A DNA stretch of 47,938 bases from an uncultured Bacilli bacterium. Its GTDB lineage: Bacteria; Bacillota_I; Bacilli_A; RF39; UBA660. Position numbers and translations under genes: made by a program. The stretch covers positions 1-47,938 of the forward strand of contig CANRAQ010000002.1 of the NCBI GenBank assembly GCA_947628725.1, read 5' to 3'. Shown here one piece after another: positions 27,153-38,334 of the stretch. Under the pieces are notes generated by a model, which worked only from the letters and a program-made list of their open reading frames with translations, was not told the origin of the DNA and made no database searches. Numbering within the stretch: the first letter of the stretch is position 1; every line of letters begins with the position of its first letter.

Positions 27153-28205
27153 TTATTCAATTGTTATAGTTTGATTTTTAGGTTGTATTTCAACATAAGT
27201 ATTACCATCATTTAACTTTATAGTGGTTCCATCTAAATATTTATATGTAGTTTTACTACTTCTATCTGTTTTACTCCATTTTATTGGTACTGCATAACCA
27301 TTTGATATATATAAACCTTCTCCACTACCAATATTTTCTAAAGTTTGTCTACCTTTATCGTCCCCGCTTATAGTATAATTATTTACTTGGTATGTAATTA
27401 TATTTTTTGCAGTGTACTGTTGTTTTGTAACATAATCAGTATGAGCATATCCATTTTGGTATCTTTTATATACTTTATTTACTTCATCATATTCAAATGA
27501 AGTATTTCTACTATTTGAATAGCCAATATATACTTTATTAGCAGGAGTAGCACCTTCCATTGCAGATAGATCAATTTCTTTTGAACTATAATCAAATACT
27601 GGTTTAGATGTTGATGTTAACCTATAATTATAATAGTTGGCTCCACTAAGTATCTTATCTGTTGTTGTAAATGCTGTATGCTCTGTTGCAAGACCTAGTG
27701 AATAATCTCTAGTATAACCATTATAACTCATAAAGTTAATGTTATTTACTCCTAAAGTTCTAATATCATTTTCTGCTTGTGGACTCCATCCAAAATGAAC
27801 ATATATGGCATCATTTTCTAGAGCATAATCTAAAAAATAATGTCTAGAAGATCTAACTGAACCTATCCTATCTAAATTTTTGTCTTTAAATATTGCCATA
27901 AGTCTAGTGTATCCACCTTCTACTATAATTTCATAAACTAAATATGCATCTTGAAGCCCTGCTTGATATCCCCAAACAGTAGATATATTGTTAATCATTA
28001 CTGCATATGGTCTTGTATCAGAATTCAAATCTATTATTTTTACTGGTTCTTCTACTTCTACTTTTGGTTTTTCTTTATCAGTTTTATCACTAGTTTTAAC
28101 TTCACTATCTTTTGATGATAATAAATAAACTGCCAAAATTAATCCGATAGCAATTATAAGAAATAAAAATACTAATTTACCTCTATTATTTTTTCTTCTT
28201 TTCAT
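27153..28205 (-). CDS. DUF3048 domain protein (YerB-like), membrane anchored
   Basis: N-terminal TM anchor; RPYAVMINN...DAYLVYEIIVEGGYTRLMAIF is typical of the DUF3048 family. Confidence 0.7.
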   Translation of the reverse strand: MKRRKNNRGKLVFLFLIIAIGLILAVYLLSSKDSEVKTSDKTDKEKPKVEVEEPVKIIDLNSDTRPYAVMINNISTVWGYQAGLQDAYLVYEIIVEGGYTRLMAIFKDKNLDRIGSVRSSRHYFLDYALENDAIYVHFGWSPQAENDIRTLGVNNINFMSYNGYTRDYSLGLATEHTAFTTTDKILSGANYYNYRLTSTSKPVFDYSSKEIDLSAMEGATPANKVYIGYSNSRNTSFEYDEVNKVYKRYQNGYAHTDYVTKQQYTAKNIITYQVNNYTISGDDKGRQTLENIGSGEGLYISNGYAVPIKWSKTDRSSKTTYKYLDGTTIKLNDGNTYVEIQPKNQTITIE

Positions 28206-28314
28206 TGTATCACCAATTTAATTATATCATATATAATTTTAATAATGAATAAAATATAAATTTTTATTGTCACATTTTGTAAAGTATAGTGTTTTTTATA
28301 GTAATCTTGCTATA

Positions 28315-29235
28315 CTATCCCATTACTTGACCGCCATTATTATGAATTACTTGGCCTGTCATATAACTAGAATCATCTGAAGCTAAAAATACAAAAGTTG
28401 GTGCGAGTTCATATGGCATTGCACCTCTTGCCATTGCTGCATCTGCTCCAAGTGATGGTATTTTTTCTTTTACCCAACATGCGGGTTGTAAAGGTGTCCA
28501 AAAGAATCCAGGTGCGATAGCATTTACTCTTATATTTTTAAGTGCTAAATTTCTAGCTAAGGCCCTAGTAAATCCTACTATTGCTCCTTTAGTTGTTACA
28601 TAATCTATAAGTTGTGGATCACCATAAAATGTGGTTACTGATGTTAAATTTATAATTGAATCACCAGGATTTAAATATGGCAATACTTCTCTTGTCAAAT
28701 AAAACATACCATATACATTTACTTTCATAGTCCAATCAAATTGATCGTCAGAAATATTTTCTAAAGAATCTTGTTGATATTGTACACCGGCATTATTTAC
28801 TAATATATTTATTTTCCCAAATCTATCTAAAGTAGCATCTACTATTTGCTTGCAAAAGTTTTCATCTGTTATATCCCCTGACATCAATAGGCATTCTCCA
28901 CCTAAACTTTCTATATATTCTTTAGTTTCATTTGCATCTACATGTTCATCATAATAAGGTATGACTACTTTAGCACCTTCTTTTACAAATGCAACTGCTG
29001 CTGCACGTCCAAGTCCGCTATCTGCACCTGTTATAATAGCTACTTTATCTTTTAATTTACCTGAGCCTATATAATTTGGATCATCAAATATTGGTCTAGG
29101 ATTCATTATATATTCAAGGCCAGGTTGTTCTGGTTGAGACTGCTCACCAGCCATTATCTTATATTCTGTACTTTGAATACCTATATTATCATAATAATTA
29201 TAAAATTTATTACCAAATTTATAATCATAATTCAT
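28315..29235 (-). CDS. SDR family oxidoreductase (YghA/YhxC-like)
   Basis: TGADSGLGRA NAD(P)-binding motif, NNAG and YVTTKGA (YxxxK). Confidence 0.85.
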   Translation of the reverse strand: MNYDYKFGNKFYNYYDNIGIQSTEYKIMAGEQSQPEQPGLEYIMNPRPIFDDPNYIGSGKLKDKVAIITGADSGLGRAAAVAFVKEGAKVVIPYYDEHVDANETKEYIESLGGECLLMSGDITDENFCKQIVDATLDRFGKINILVNNAGVQYQQDSLENISDDQFDWTMKVNVYGMFYLTREVLPYLNPGDSIINLTSVTTFYGDPQLIDYVTTKGAIVGFTRALARNLALKNIRVNAIAPGFFWTPLQPACWVKEKIPSLGADAAMARGAMPYELAPTFVFLASDDSSYMTGQVIHNNGGQVMG

Positions 29236-29291
29236 CTTAACACTCTCCTCTTTATACTATATGCAATTAGAACAAAGAGTTAAAAAAAGAG

Positions 29292-29699
29292 TTAGTCTCT
29301 TTCTTTGAATGATCTTAATATTTCACCTGTAGTAGCATCTATATAAAATTCATATTCGTTTCTGTCATATTTAAATTCAATTTCATATACTGTTTTTCCA
29401 TATTTATAATCTAAATCACTACTCATATCATAAATATTATTCTCATTTATATTTAAGTTATCTAAAGCAATTTTTAAAGCTTCAGTAGATGAAATATAAT
29501 TGTCATCGTACTTTATATCATCATGATCATCATAATCATTATCATAGTTATTATTATTAATTTGTGGTGTGTTGTAATCATCTTTATCATCTAGATGTTC
29601 CATTTTTAAATATAAAGCTACACATATAATTACCAATAATAAAACTATTACTGATAATAAAATTATTATTAAATTATTTTTCTTATTTTCTTTTTCCAT
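29292..29699 (-). CDS. PepSY domain membrane-anchored protein
   Basis: TM anchor, an Asp/Asn-rich linker, and C-terminal SSTEALKIALDNLNI...VYEIEFKYDRNEYEFYIDATTGEIL (PepSY pattern). Confidence 0.65.
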   Translation of the reverse strand: MEKENKKNNLIIILLSVIVLLLVIICVALYLKMEHLDDKDDYNTPQINNNNYDNDYDDHDDIKYDDNYISSTEALKIALDNLNINENNIYDMSSDLDYKYGKTVYEIEFKYDRNEYEFYIDATTGEILRSFKERD

Positions 29700-29726
29700 A
29701 AATACATACCTCATTTCTTTAAAATC

Positions 29727-30485
29727 TTATACACAAGTATAACCACCATCTATAGGTAAAATTATACCTGTTACATAACTAGCTTCATCACTTGCTAAAA
29801 AGATTGCTCCTGCATTTAGTTCACCCTCACTACCATATCTTTTCATAGGAACATGTTCTTCAGCAAATTTTTGAAATTTATCAGTTTTTAATACTTCTGT
29901 TGTTAATTCCGTATAAAAATATCCAGGACATATAGTATTTACTGTTATGTTATATGGAGCAAGTTCAGCAGCAGCCGCTCTTGTAAAGTTTACTACGCCT
30001 CCCTTCGATGAATGATAAGCTATTGTAGGTATTTCAGTATTTCCAACTAATCCATACATACTTGAAATATTAATTATTCTACCATAATTGTTCTTTTTCA
30101 TAATATTAGCAAAAGTTCTAGTCATCTTAAATACTGATGTTAAATCTGTATCTATTGTAAAGTTCCATTCATCATCTGTCATATCTAATACACCTTTATC
30201 TTTTGATGCTCCTGCGCAGTTTACAAGTATATCTACACGTCCAAATTCTTCTTCTATTATTTTTGCACATTCATTTATATTATTTGTATTAGTAACATCA
30301 CATCTAAGTGGTAAAACTTTGACATTTTCTTTTTCTAGTTCACTTTTAAAAGCGTTAAGTCTATCTATTCTTCTTGCCATTATAACTAAATCTGCACCTT
30401 GTTTAGCAAACGCTAAAGCCATCTGTTTTCCAAGCCCTGAAGATGCTCCTGTTATTACAGCAATTCTACCTTTTAAATTAAACAT
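29727..30485 (-). CDS. SDR family oxidoreductase (gluconate-5-dehydrogenase/FabG-like)
   Basis: TGASSGLG, NCAG and YHSSKGG motifs. Confidence 0.85.
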   Translation of the reverse strand: MFNLKGRIAVITGASSGLGKQMALAFAKQGADLVIMARRIDRLNAFKSELEKENVKVLPLRCDVTNTNNINECAKIIEEEFGRVDILVNCAGASKDKGVLDMTDDEWNFTIDTDLTSVFKMTRTFANIMKKNNYGRIINISSMYGLVGNTEIPTIAYHSSKGGVVNFTRAAAAELAPYNITVNTICPGYFYTELTTEVLKTDKFQKFAEEHVPMKRYGSEGELNAGAIFLASDEASYVTGIILPIDGGYTCV

Positions 30486-30801
30486 ATGATTCCCACTTTC
30501 TTATTAAATCTCTAAATTCATCTTTTGGCCTAAATCCAATAAATTTATTTTTTAGTTTTCCATTTTCAAATAGCAGTATTGTTGGAATAGACATTATATC
30601 ATATTTCATAGAAACACCATCATTTTCATCTACATTTATTTTATAAAATTTGATATCTTTAAATTCATTAGCTAGTTCGTCGATAATTGGAGCCATCATT
30701 TTACATGGTCCACACCATGATGCGTAACAATCTAATACTACTTTTTTATCACTCTTAATTACTTCATCTAATTTTTCGTCATTTATTTCTATCACTTTCA
30801 T
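30478..30801 (-). CDS. trxA: Thioredoxin
   Basis: WCGPC active site; 107 aa. Confidence 0.9.
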   Translation of the reverse strand: MKVIEINDEKLDEVIKSDKKVVLDCYASWCGPCKMMAPIIDELANEFKDIKFYKINVDENDGVSMKYDIMSIPTILLFENGKLKNKFIGFRPKDEFRDLIRKWESYV

Positions 30802-30933
30802 TAGATATTTTTCCTTTCTTAATTATGCTTTATCATTTAATTAAATTGTATTCAATTTAAAATGAAATGTCAATATGTTAATTATAATTTTACAATGAAA
30901 AAGGATTAAAACTTTTCTTTAATCCTTAAGTTA

Positions 30934-32988
30934 TTATTCATTTATTCCTTCCGGTTCGATAATTTCTGTATTATCTATATTGTAAATTACTAAATCTATA
31001 CTATTATCTCCAAAATCTGCATGCATTTCTCTTACATAATTATCTTTATCTAAACTAACAGTAAGTGTTATATTTTCATCGAATTTATTGCTTTCATTAA
31101 ATACATGACTGTATGCAAGATTTGCATCGGCTTTATATAATACTATAGTATATGTAGTTATATCTCCATCTACACTCACATCTTTTATATCAAAAACTCT
31201 ATTTAAGAAATATAACTCTACTGGTGTAAAAATAGTATGTTTAGTTACATTTTTTACCCAAGTATCTGTACCAGTAAATTTAGTCCAACTTTTATGATGA
31301 TATGATGGTCCAACATAATTATGATCTACATACATACCTGGTGTCCCTTTATAATAAGTTTCACTTTGTGATGTTTCAAATATAGCGGAATTTTGTTCTC
31401 TATTATATTTTACAACTTTTCCATTTAATTTATATGTAGCGCTATTAACATCTCTAGTTTTTGCATATGCTTCCTCTATTTTAGAAGCCATTTCTCTTTT
31501 TTCAGTTGCTGTTAATTCTTTAGATTGTTCACGTTCAGTTAATACTACATTTAAATCTTTAGGTCTTTCAACATTTGTTTCATTAAAATTACCCATATGT
31601 AGTCTTACATGAAGTTCTGATGATTTATTTGTTAAAACTTCTTCTGTCCAATCACTATGTACTAATACTATATAACCATCATGATTGATACAAACATCTA
31701 GTTTTATATCTGTTTTAAACATATTTAAAATATTATATTGTACTTCTGCAACTTTATTAGCGTAAGCATTATCTATAGTTACAACATAAGTACTAAAAGC
31801 ATATCTTCCTGATTCTGGTTTAATTTCTTTAACATCTTTTATTTCATCAAAGAAACTAAGAGTACCTATACCAAATATAGAATGTAGTGATGGTGCTTTA
31901 ACCCATTCTTTTGAATCATCACTTTTAATCCATCTATCTTGATTATAATAACTGCTAACAAATGATTCACCATTATATCTTCCAGCAGCGCCTTCTAAAT
32001 ATTCTTCTACTCCATCTCCAAGAAGCCAACTTCTATTTTGAAGTTTATTATATTTTCTCTTGTAATATGAATTATACATTCCTTTTAATTCAAATGTATA
32101 ATATATACTATCAGTATTTTGAGTTCTTTTTGCTGCATCTTGAAGTAATTTGATTAGTTCTTCATTTTTAACTTTATTATCGTCGACTGGTTGAGTTTCT
32201 TCACTTGATTGTTTTTCATTATTTGACTCAATATTTGGAGTTACTTCAGGATTGCTTAATTCTGGAGTATCTTCCTTTTTAGGTTCATCTATTTGTGGTT
32301 CATTTTCAGTTCCTTGATTTTCTTCTGGGTCACTTACTCCTGGAACACTTTCCTCTTCTTTAGGTTCATCCTTTTCTGGTTCTTGTTCAGTCTCTTGATT
32401 TTCCTCTGGTTCTTTTACTTCTGGAATGTCTTCCTCTTCTTTAGAATCATCAATTTCTGGTTCTTGTTCAGTTCCTGGGTTTACCTCTGGTTCTTTTACT
32501 TCTGGAATGTCTTCCTCTTCTTTAGAATCATCTGTTTCTGGTTCTTGTTCATTTCCTTGCTCTACTTTAGGTTCACTTACTTCTGGAACAGTTTCTTCTT
32601 TTTTAGGTTCATCAATTTCTGACTTATTTTCAGTTTCCTGATCTACTTCAGGTTCATTTACCTCTGGTTTAGTTACCTGTTCAACATTTTCTTTTTTAGA
32701 TTCTTCTTTAACATTACTTTTTGTAGTTGTATTTTTTGTATTTACTAATTCTTCTACATCTCCAATTTTAACTTGATATTCTGGTAATGCTTTAGAATCT
32801 GTACTTGTGTTAATTTCACTTGTTTTTTCTTCTTTAGTATCATCTAATTTTACTTTTTCTTCAACTTTATCTGATGCCTTATTATCAGTTTCAACATTTT
32901 TGTTAACAAAGACATTAGGTAAAATAATTGCGCTTGCTGCTACTAAAGATGAACATGTCAAAATTATAGCTATCAATGTTTTTTTCAT
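30934..32988 (-). CDS. Secreted/surface protein with an acidic 27-aa tandem repeat region and two similar C-terminal halves
   Basis: Signal peptide MKKTLIAIILTCSSLVAASA. Repeats are EEEDIPEVKEPEVNPGTEQEPEIDDSK. No catalytic motif recognised. Confidence 0.6.
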   Translation of the reverse strand: MKKTLIAIILTCSSLVAASAIILPNVFVNKNVETDNKASDKVEEKVKLDDTKEEKTSEINTSTDSKALPEYQVKIGDVEELVNTKNTTTKSNVKEESKKENVEQVTKPEVNEPEVDQETENKSEIDEPKKEETVPEVSEPKVEQGNEQEPETDDSKEEEDIPEVKEPEVNPGTEQEPEIDDSKEEEDIPEVKEPEENQETEQEPEKDEPKEEESVPGVSDPEENQGTENEPQIDEPKKEDTPELSNPEVTPNIESNNEKQSSEETQPVDDNKVKNEELIKLLQDAAKRTQNTDSIYYTFELKGMYNSYYKRKYNKLQNRSWLLGDGVEEYLEGAAGRYNGESFVSSYYNQDRWIKSDDSKEWVKAPSLHSIFGIGTLSFFDEIKDVKEIKPESGRYAFSTYVVTIDNAYANKVAEVQYNILNMFKTDIKLDVCINHDGYIVLVHSDWTEEVLTNKSSELHVRLHMGNFNETNVERPKDLNVVLTEREQSKELTATEKREMASKIEEAYAKTRDVNSATYKLNGKVVKYNREQNSAIFETSQSETYYKGTPGMYVDHNYVGPSYHHKSWTKFTGTDTWVKNVTKHTIFTPVELYFLNRVFDIKDVSVDGDITTYTIVLYKADANLAYSHVFNESNKFDENITLTVSLDKDNYVREMHADFGDNSIDLVIYNIDNTEIIEPEGINE
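32250..32650 (-). repeat. 81-bp (27-aa) intragenic tandem repeats, ~5 copies
   Basis: 'ctctggttcttttacttctggaatgtcttcctcttctttagaatcatc' recurs at 32404 and 32485, with more diverged copies flanking. Confidence 0.8.
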
Positions 32989-33122
32989 AATATATCCTCC
33001 TTCTACACAGATTATATCATTATATCTTTTTAATTGTCAATTGCATTCACTATATATATATGACAATTTTTATATATAGATATCGTATTTAACTATTAAA
33101 ATTGATTTTTAATTTTTACATG

Positions 33123-33818
33123 TTAATCATTTTTATATTTTTCAAATAATTTGTTTGCTTTTTCTGTCATATCATCTATTATTTCATCAGTTAGTTCTTG
33201 ATATCCATCTTTTTGATTATCTGATAAGCATTCATCTAATGCGATTGCTTCACCATCTTTATATGCTACTAAAGTTGGTGCATATAATCTATTTTCACCT
33301 GTCTTCACTTCTTTATCACCATTCGTTAAAGTGTATGGAGTTAAAAAATCATCTAATGTATCTAATACATCATGATAATATTTATCAGGATATACATCAT
33401 ATATTACTTTATTATTTTTATCTAATTTATAATATCCTCTTAAATCTGATTGCTTTGTGTTATCTTCTCTTATATTTATGTAATATATTTTATTTATATT
33501 ATTTTCTTTTGCTGATTTTATAATATAAGGTATAACTGTTCTACACCATGGGCATGCAGCAAAACCTACATATAGAATAAATGAATCATCATTTTCTATT
33601 TTCTCTTTAACATCTTTAAATGTTGTATAGACTATTGGATTATCCTCATCTATATTTATACTTCTATAATATACTCCCTTTTCAGTTGTTTCAACTCCAT
33701 TAAGTGATTCATAGTCATTTTTAAATTTTAATGCATCACTATCTTGATTTTTATTAGAACATCCAGTTAGAACTATAATTGACAAAATTATAACAATTAA
33801 TATACTTTTTCTTTTCAT
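33123..33818 (-). CDS. Lipoprotein with thioredoxin-like fold (CPWC)
   Basis: LTGC lipobox and an ACPWC redox motif. Confidence 0.7.
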   Translation of the reverse strand: MKRKSILIVIILSIIVLTGCSNKNQDSDALKFKNDYESLNGVETTEKGVYYRSINIDEDNPIVYTTFKDVKEKIENDDSFILYVGFAACPWCRTVIPYIIKSAKENNINKIYYINIREDNTKQSDLRGYYKLDKNNKVIYDVYPDKYYHDVLDTLDDFLTPYTLTNGDKEVKTGENRLYAPTLVAYKDGEAIALDECLSDNQKDGYQELTDEIIDDMTEKANKLFEKYKND

Positions 33819-33906
33819 TTTCCCACCTCAATAAAATTATACATTAAAATATAACAATATTAAATAAAATATTAGTTGAAAAAACTTCAACCATCAGTTG
33901 AAGTCA

Positions 33907-34605
33907 TCATTTACATTCGTTATTGCTCATTTCAATTGGTATTTTATAACTTATAGTTTTATTTTTATTATTAACTGCTTTAATCTCTATATACATTGAA
34001 GACTTTATAAACATAGTGCAGTTTGATGAATAATGATCCATACGTATTTTTAAATCACTCAAGTAGTCTATTAATGTAGAATTTTTCTTACTTTCACAAG
34101 AAGATACTTCTACATTTTTACTATCTTTTTCCTCATATAATTTACAACTTATTTCATCATATATTATGTTATCATCATTTCCAGTATAAATTACATCATT
34201 TATTATAAGAGAAGTTCTATTATCAGTTATAACTACACTTCCTACTACTTTAAAGTCACTATTAGTTGAATTTACCTCATTAAATTCAAAATTATCTTTA
34301 TTTAAATTATTATTTATAAGAAAATATAATATAAATCCAATTACTATAATTATTAATAAAATTGCAACTATCAATAATTTACTTTTCTTATTTTTATTAT
34401 CAGTTGCTTCAATAATATCATCAATATTTACATTAAACTGCTTTTTTATCTCTTTAAGTGTAGAAATGTCTGGCAAATTTTTACCATTTTCCCATTTACT
34501 AACCGCTTGGAATGATACTCCAAGCCTTTCAGCAAATGCTTGTTGTGAAAGATTGTTATCTTTTCTTATTTTTTTTATGAAATTTCCAATTTTTTCTTGA
34601 TTCAT
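33907..34605 (-). CDS. XRE-family HTH regulator with TM segment and extracytoplasmic domain
   Basis: LSQQAFAERLGVSFQAVSKWENGKNLP, followed by the hydrophobic helix LLIVAILLIIIVIGFILYFL. Confidence 0.8.
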   Translation of the reverse strand: MNQEKIGNFIKKIRKDNNLSQQAFAERLGVSFQAVSKWENGKNLPDISTLKEIKKQFNVNIDDIIEATDNKNKKSKLLIVAILLIIIVIGFILYFLINNNLNKDNFEFNEVNSTNSDFKVVGSVVITDNRTSLIINDVIYTGNDDNIIYDEISCKLYEEKDSKNVEVSSCESKKNSTLIDYLSDLKIRMDHYSSNCTMFIKSSMYIEIKAVNNKNKTISYKIPIEMSNNECK

Positions 34606-34691
34606 ACAATCACCGTACATCCTATTTACAATTATAACATAAAATTTAATACTTTAGTAAATGTTATAAATTAATGCTTTTTTGATCAATA

Positions 34692-36917
34692 TTATTTTAA
34701 AGTTTCAGTTATAATCATACTTAAGTGATGATTACCATTTTCTGTTAAATGAATTTTATCTGCCATTAAATAAGATTCATTAGTTTTTATTTCTTTATAA
34801 AAATCAATTACTTTTACATTATCACTTATTAATGAAGAAAGTTCTTGATTATAGTTAGTAGTTACTATATAAATTTCATAGTCCTTCCAAAGATTAATCC
34901 ATTTTTGATAATCTTCTTTGCTTACTGAAAACTTAGAATCAAATACTAAAACTATTTTATGGTTCAAATTATTTTCTTTCCTATCAGTTTCTATTTTTGT
35001 TTCTAGGCTTTCTTTAGTGAAATTTGAATCGACATTAAAACTAGCATCTTCAAACGAAGTTTGTAACTCTCTAACAGCGTTTAGTAAAAGATCATTACCA
35101 TAAAAACTAATTTTTTCTTTTAATTTTTGTTCATGTTCTTTTTGTAATTCTTCCTTTTTCTTTTCATAATCTTTTGAATAAATTTCATATATTGCCTGAT
35201 ATATAGTTGAAGTATATGCCTTTTTACCTATTTCTGTTAAATGAATGCCATCTGCAACAAAGTATTCTGGGTGCCCACTTGATTGAAGATTCCAATCGAC
35301 AATATAAACATTATCATATTCTTTAGCAAGATCTTCTAAAGTTGCGTTTACATGTTGATCATTTGTTGTATTAACCCAAAAAATTTTCCTATCTTCACAT
35401 ATTTTTATAATTTCTAATTTACAATTCCATGAACAATCCCCATTAGCGCCTAAATTTATAATAATAGGATCACCTAATAAGTTTCTACCTTTTAAATCAT
35501 TTAAAATTGCATTTAATACCCAAGCAGTACGTGAAATTTTTGCATCAAAGTAACCATTTGGAAACTGTTCGTATAAATTAGGTACAGCTCCTAACATTAC
35601 TGAATCTCCTACTCCTACTAAGGATAATTTAGATACATACTCTTTTAAATTTTGTTCTTGCTGTTCTAAATTTTCTAAAGTTTCCTGCCAAGTATTCTCT
35701 TCTTCCTTTACTCGTTCTTGATAAGCTTTTTGTTTTTCTTCTACCATTTTTTCATTTTGAGCTAATTGTATTTCTAATTGTTTCATCTCTTTTGTATGAT
35801 CTTTAGCATTAATATAATAGTAACATCCTAAAAGACAAATTGCTACAATAATGGATAAAGTGCACACTTTACTAATCCTTAAGAATCCTGTTGTTTTTTT
35901 ATAAGTATAACTCCAATGAAATAAATATGATATTAAAAATACTAAAGCTATGATTGAAATATATTTTAAATTAGTATTCATTTCAAATGATTGAAAGAAA
36001 AAGATAATTGGATATTGAAAAAGATAAACTTCATAACTAAAACTAGAACAAGTACGTAAAATATTCCCTACTTTATAATGTGTTTCTTTAATCTCCTCAC
36101 TATATTCAATAAGTCTACCAGTAATAATTGTCACTATTAATAGACTAGGCGCAAAATATATAGTAGAATCATCTATAAAAATAAATAATAAAATTAAAAT
36201 TAATAAATAACTATAAAATACTATCTTATTTTGTGGATTGTTTTTCAATTTTTTAAAAATAGGATTACCATAATAGTAATGAATAAACCCAATGGATAAT
36301 CCAAAGAAAAGAGAAAACATTCTTGTAAAAGTATTATAATATGTAAACATAAAGTTATCAGTAAGACTCATTTTATAAAAATAACCAGCACTTAAAAGAG
36401 TAATTAGTATACTTACTATGCAAGGCATACTTTTATGTACTTTATCCCCTAATTTCTTAAGTCCAAAATATAAGAAAGGAAAAACAAGATCAAACTGAAT
36501 TAAAATAGCAATATACCAAAAATGCATAAAAGGAGAATTTAAATGTCTAGCAAAATAATCTAAGTTTGCACTCAATTGCCAAAAATTATTGTACCCTAAC
36601 AAGACGGAAGTTGTTTCTGGTTTTAGATTCAACCAATCAAGTTTAGGAAAAATAGACACTATAAAAAGAGTTAAGAATACTACTAATACTAAAGGTAAAT
36701 ACAATTTTTTTAAACGATTTATATAGTATTCTTTAAAGGAAAAATGTTCTTTTTTTAAACTTGAAACACAACTCAAATAGCCACTTAAAACAAAGAAACA
36801 AGCAACTGCAAGATAACCACCTTTTAAAATGCCTAGGTGATAAAACAAAACTGCTAGACAGGCTAAAATACGTATTTCATCTAATTTTTGATTATACTTC
36901 TTCTCTTTTTGCATCAT
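34692..36917 (-). CDS. Acyltransferase-3 + SGNH domain protein (OatA-like O-acetyltransferase)
   Basis: Polytopic N-terminal AT3 domain, then a coiled coil, then an SGNH-like GDSVMLG block. Confidence 0.8.
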   Translation of the reverse strand: MMQKEKKYNQKLDEIRILACLAVLFYHLGILKGGYLAVACFFVLSGYLSCVSSLKKEHFSFKEYYINRLKKLYLPLVLVVFLTLFIVSIFPKLDWLNLKPETTSVLLGYNNFWQLSANLDYFARHLNSPFMHFWYIAILIQFDLVFPFLYFGLKKLGDKVHKSMPCIVSILITLLSAGYFYKMSLTDNFMFTYYNTFTRMFSLFFGLSIGFIHYYYGNPIFKKLKNNPQNKIVFYSYLLILILLFIFIDDSTIYFAPSLLIVTIITGRLIEYSEEIKETHYKVGNILRTCSSFSYEVYLFQYPIIFFFQSFEMNTNLKYISIIALVFLISYLFHWSYTYKKTTGFLRISKVCTLSIIVAICLLGCYYYINAKDHTKEMKQLEIQLAQNEKMVEEKQKAYQERVKEEENTWQETLENLEQQEQNLKEYVSKLSLVGVGDSVMLGAVPNLYEQFPNGYFDAKISRTAWVLNAILNDLKGRNLLGDPIIINLGANGDCSWNCKLEIIKICEDRKIFWVNTTNDQHVNATLEDLAKEYDNVYIVDWNLQSSGHPEYFVADGIHLTEIGKKAYTSTIYQAIYEIYSKDYEKKKEELQKEHEQKLKEKISFYGNDLLLNAVRELQTSFEDASFNVDSNFTKESLETKIETDRKENNLNHKIVLVFDSKFSVSKEDYQKWINLWKDYEIYIVTTNYNQELSSLISDNVKVIDFYKEIKTNESYLMADKIHLTENGNHHLSMIITETLK

Positions 36918-37032
36918 ACTACCTCTTACTTATACTCTAATTATATCATTAATATCGAAAAAAGAATATGTTTGTGTCAATTTTAAGATAGAAATTTAAT
37001 TTTTTAAAAATAAAAAGGAGACTTCTCCTAAT

Positions 37033-38007
37033 TTAGTTTTGCATTAATATTTGTTGACCTTTTATTAAATCATAACTAATTAATTTATCCCCTTCTAAAT
37101 TTTCTTTATACAGATCTACACCAGTAATTTGACTATTTTCATATGTCGTGTAATAGTATATACCTTTATCCATATTACAACAAGAACTATAAATAGTTAT
37201 TTCATATTTATCTTCTCCCATATGAACACAACCTCTTTGTTGTTCTACAGAACCTAAAATATGAAAAAACTGACTAATGCTTTCTGATTCTGAATCACCA
37301 GATAAGGAATTCATTTTTGTAAATGTTGCTTTAACAAATCTTGAAGCAGATGATAAATCTCCTGGTAGACCTAAAGCACCCATGCCACGACTATAAGTAT
37401 CAAAATTTAATTTTTTAGAAAAATTGTTTACTGGTGGTTCAATAGATAAATTCATATAATTATTTAAATTAAACATATGCATATCAAAAGTTGGATTATT
37501 TGTTAAAACTCCTACAGGATTATCATATATTTTTAAACCATCTTTAACACATTCAACTGTAATAGAACTTTCTTTATCAGAAATTATCCAATGTAATGGT
37601 GAAGCAGATAATTGTTCACTAAAATTAATTTTAACTATATTTATTTTACTTAATAATTCTTTTACTTCACAAATATTTGTACATTGTGATAAAACCCAAG
37701 GAATAAATTCAAATGGAGCAATATTGTCTTTATTGGCTTTCTCCTCTTTATATTCAGCATTACCAGGAAAATTTAACCCAGCCATACCTAATCCTTTTTC
37801 GTTAATTGCATCATAATATAGTGGATAATCGTTGGCAACATAAGCCATACCAATTATGGCATAATGACTATCTATATTATTAACTTTTCTAAACTTAAAT
37901 TTATAATTTCTAGGTGTTATTGTAACTGTTTCTTTATAAGAATATTCTAAGTCAAGATTTCTTCCAAAATAATGATTTTTTGTATTATAAGTTATTGCTG
38001 TACACAT
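37033..38007 (-). CDS. Choloylglycine hydrolase family (bile salt hydrolase/linear amide C-N hydrolase)
   Basis: MCTAIT N-terminal nucleophile Cys2, and FGRNLDLEYS as in Clostridium CBAH. Confidence 0.85.
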   Translation of the reverse strand: MCTAITYNTKNHYFGRNLDLEYSYKETVTITPRNYKFKFRKVNNIDSHYAIIGMAYVANDYPLYYDAINEKGLGMAGLNFPGNAEYKEEKANKDNIAPFEFIPWVLSQCTNICEVKELLSKINIVKINFSEQLSASPLHWIISDKESSITVECVKDGLKIYDNPVGVLTNNPTFDMHMFNLNNYMNLSIEPPVNNFSKKLNFDTYSRGMGALGLPGDLSSASRFVKATFTKMNSLSGDSESESISQFFHILGSVEQQRGCVHMGEDKYEITIYSSCCNMDKGIYYYTTYENSQITGVDLYKENLEGDKLISYDLIKGQQILMQN

Positions 38008-38334
38008 AATTATTAACTTCCTTCCATATATTATTTCATTAAATATTATAGCATGAATAAAGATAAAATTAAAATATGTTTTTTAGGGAACATAGATTTT
38101 TTTATTGTATAATATTTATAACTTATTTAAGTTCTATTTTCATCACCTATTATTATACATAAAAAGTTATCCCTATGAGAGATAACCATTTTAATATAGA
38201 ATTTTTTCTTTACAAAATAAATTTGGTTCCCTAGAATCTACACAATTGTTATTTACTTTTTTGTATTACTTTTACACCTTTAGGATTAATTTCAATTCCT
38301 TTAAACTGTAATTTTACTATTGTATTGTTTATAT

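Noticed and set aside
38084-38245. Inverted 'tagggaac/gttcccta' repeats ~140 bp apart between the BSH and Fic genes, as a possible MITE
   Set aside because: The arms are only ~9 bp, there are no target-site duplications and no other copies in the window. This is within chance for AT-rich spacers.
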